The translations under genes were made by a program, and so were the position numbers. Shown here one piece after another: positions 24,955-26,548 of a stretch of 26,548 nucleotides of DNA (positions are counted from its first letter, which is position 1; each line of letters opens with the position of its first letter). The stretch spans positions 11,707 to 38,254 of the forward strand of contig CAYFHS010000040.1 of assembly GCA_964342815.1 (NCBI GenBank). Direction: 5' to 3'. The notes beneath the pieces are model-generated. The model saw nothing but the letters and a program-made list of their open reading frames with translations, had not been told where the DNA came from and did no database searches. Origin of the DNA: an uncultured archaeon (GTDB lineage Archaea; Thermoplasmatota; Penumbrarchaeia; JASLWR01).

Positions 24955-26548
24955 TGATAAATGGTAAAAAATCCATAAAATTCGGAATTCGTGAAAAGAT
25001 CATGTCCAGTCTGGTCGTCTTTGTAATTCTGTCGTTATTCTCTTTGATTGTTATTTCTATCTGGAGCTTCGACAATATCGGTGAACTCGGTTCGGACATC
25101 GCCTCTGATTCGCTGGAGTTCCAGGCAGAGAACCACCTGAAAAAGGAGACGAAGGAAATCGCTTTGAACATAGATACGGAATTAACCCATGTTCAAAATT
25201 CAGTCGAGATGCTAGCGAGTACCGCCACAAGTATCTGGGAGAATCCGGACGCATTCCCGAATAGAACCTCATATTATCATGACCGTTCGGGAGCACCCGC
25301 GCCTCCCGATATGTTCGATGATACTGATCTCGGTTACAACCGGGAAATCTCATTGAAATATTCGTGTTATAAACTGGCTCTGGGCATTTATGGCTCCAGC
25401 TATCTCGATACGAGTTTCATAGTAAACGATTCGATCAACAATTCAGCCAAACTGGATTTCATGTTCAGGGAACTTAAGGAACAGAACGATGAACTATTAT
25501 GGCTCTACATGGGTATGGAGACAGGAGTGCACAGGAGTTACCCATGGCATGGCCCCTATAGTATAGATTATGATCCAAGGGCACGGGGTTGGTTTACTTC
25601 CGCGAAACAGGAAACAAATAAAATTATTTGGGGTGAACCATACATTGACGCTTCAGGTGGGGGACTCGTCCTTTCCTGTTCGAAAGCGGTTTTTGCCAAT
25701 GGTAAATTCATAGGTGTGGTCGCGGTGGACCTGAAGATCAATGAAATAAAGGAAACCATACTCGATTTCAATCTATGGGAATCCGGATATGCCTTTCTGA
25801 TAGATTCAAGCTCGACGACCATTGCTCATAAAGACCTGACAACTGTTGGGACACCTGTTACGGAGCTTGAAGATGATGGTGATCAATTTAACGATGTTTT
25901 GAAAAATATGAAGGCGAGGAAGGTTGGCATAGAAAAGATCAAATCCGGGAACAAGGATCGTTTTATAGCGTATGCTCCCATCAATTCCACCGGATACATA
26001 TTGGGTATAGCGGTTCCGGTTTCGGAAGTACTTGAACATGCACGGGAATTGGAGGATGACGTGGAGGATAGGTCATCCGGGATAACAACGACATTCATTA
26101 TTATCGGGGTGATCGCAATAATTATAACGGGAATAACAGCCTATTTCTTGGGAAATACCGTAGTTAAGCCAATCAAACGATTAACAGACATTGCAAGCAA
26201 GCTGGGGACCGGAGAGATGAAGATAGACGACGTGGAAGAAGATCTCGCATTGGTCGCCCCGGACGGAACAGTTGGCCCAGGCAAGAAGGGAGATGAGATA
26301 GGACAACTAACCCAGACCTTCGGAGATATGTTGAAGACACTCAAAGAAGACATGGGAAAAAAGGAAGAATCCCAACAAGTATACAACATCACCATCAAGG
26401 ACAGCGTGATACAGCGCTCTCAGATCGGTAAGGATATCAGTGTGAGCCATGGAATTGATGAGGGAACATTCAAAGAAACAGTTGAGCAACTTGATGAGAG
26501 GAGCGAGGCAAGAGCTAGGATGCTGAGGGAAGGGCAACTGGAGCTAAA
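24954..26548 (+). CDS. Paralogous TM-dCache-TM-HAMP sensor, 3'-truncated by the window edge; output domain not visible
   Basis: Not in the ORF track. Manual translation is open for 531 codons to the window end and shares SYYHD, YSCYKLA, YMGMETGVHRS(F/Y)PWHGPYSxDYDPRARGW with the upstream gene. The start position is ambiguous. Confidence 0.9.
   Translation, partial: MINGKKSIKFGIREKIMSSLVVFVILSLFSLIVISIWSFDNIGELGSDIASDSLEFQAENHLKKETKEIALNIDTELTHVQNSVEMLASTATSIWENPDAFPNRTSYYHDRSGAPAPPDMFDDTDLGYNREISLKYSCYKLALGIYGSSYLDTSFIVNDSINNSAKLDFMFRELKEQNDELLWLYMGMETGVHRSYPWHGPYSIDYDPRARGWFTSAKQETNKIIWGEPYIDASGGGLVLSCSKAVFANGKFIGVVAVDLKINEIKETILDFNLWESGYAFLIDSSSTTIAHKDLTTVGTPVTELEDDGDQFNDVLKNMKARKVGIEKIKSGNKDRFIAYAPINSTGYILGIAVPVSEVLEHARELEDDVEDRSSGITTTFIIIGVIAIIITGITAYFLGNTVVKPIKRLTDIASKLGTGEMKIDDVEEDLALVAPDGTVGPGKKGDEIGQLTQTFGDMLKTLKEDMGKKEESQQVYNITIKDSVIQRSQIGKDISVSHGIDEGTFKETVEQLDERSEARARMLREGQLEL

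Noticed and set aside
24878-26537. Minus-strand ORFs over the last 1.6 kb
   Set aside because: Antisense to the dCache-HAMP paralog, which is strongly supported by similarity to its neighbour.
1-26548. tRNA, rRNA, IS elements, integrases, prophage genes
   Set aside because: No cloverleaf, rRNA-like stretch, terminal inverted repeats with target duplications, or transposase/integrase motifs were recognised by eye; tRNAscan-SE and Infernal were not run.

Overview
Archaeal chromosomal segment, probably Thermoplasmatota. The lineage is inferred from top6A, nob1, GGAGG/GGTGA ribosome-binding sites and the style of the surface proteins, and is not verified. Three housekeeping genes (nob1, top6A, glgP) sit among four very large single-pass surface proteins: a signal-peptide WD40+TSP3-like protein, a frameshifted Gly-rich/FN3 protein, a DOMON/CBM9-like protein with four tandem repeats, and an FG-GAP/Ig/CARDB protein. 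The window also has several small membrane proteins, an Ig-domain gene remnant, a 57-aa ORF missing from the ORF track, and a tandem pair of dCache-HAMP receptors. Best leads: (1) a dCache-HAMP-TPR-vWA receptor and its paralog, both carrying the amino-acid-binding dCache motif but, where visible, no kinase/MCP/cyclase output; (2) a TAA stop in the exact CAA-TTA readthrough context, followed by a 68-codon in-frame zinc-ribbon extension ending in an ATGA overlap with the next gene; (3) several other reading-frame anomalies that could be real or sequencing errors. No rRNA, tRNA, CRISPR array or mobile element was recognised. All translations and counts outside the ORF track were done by eye.
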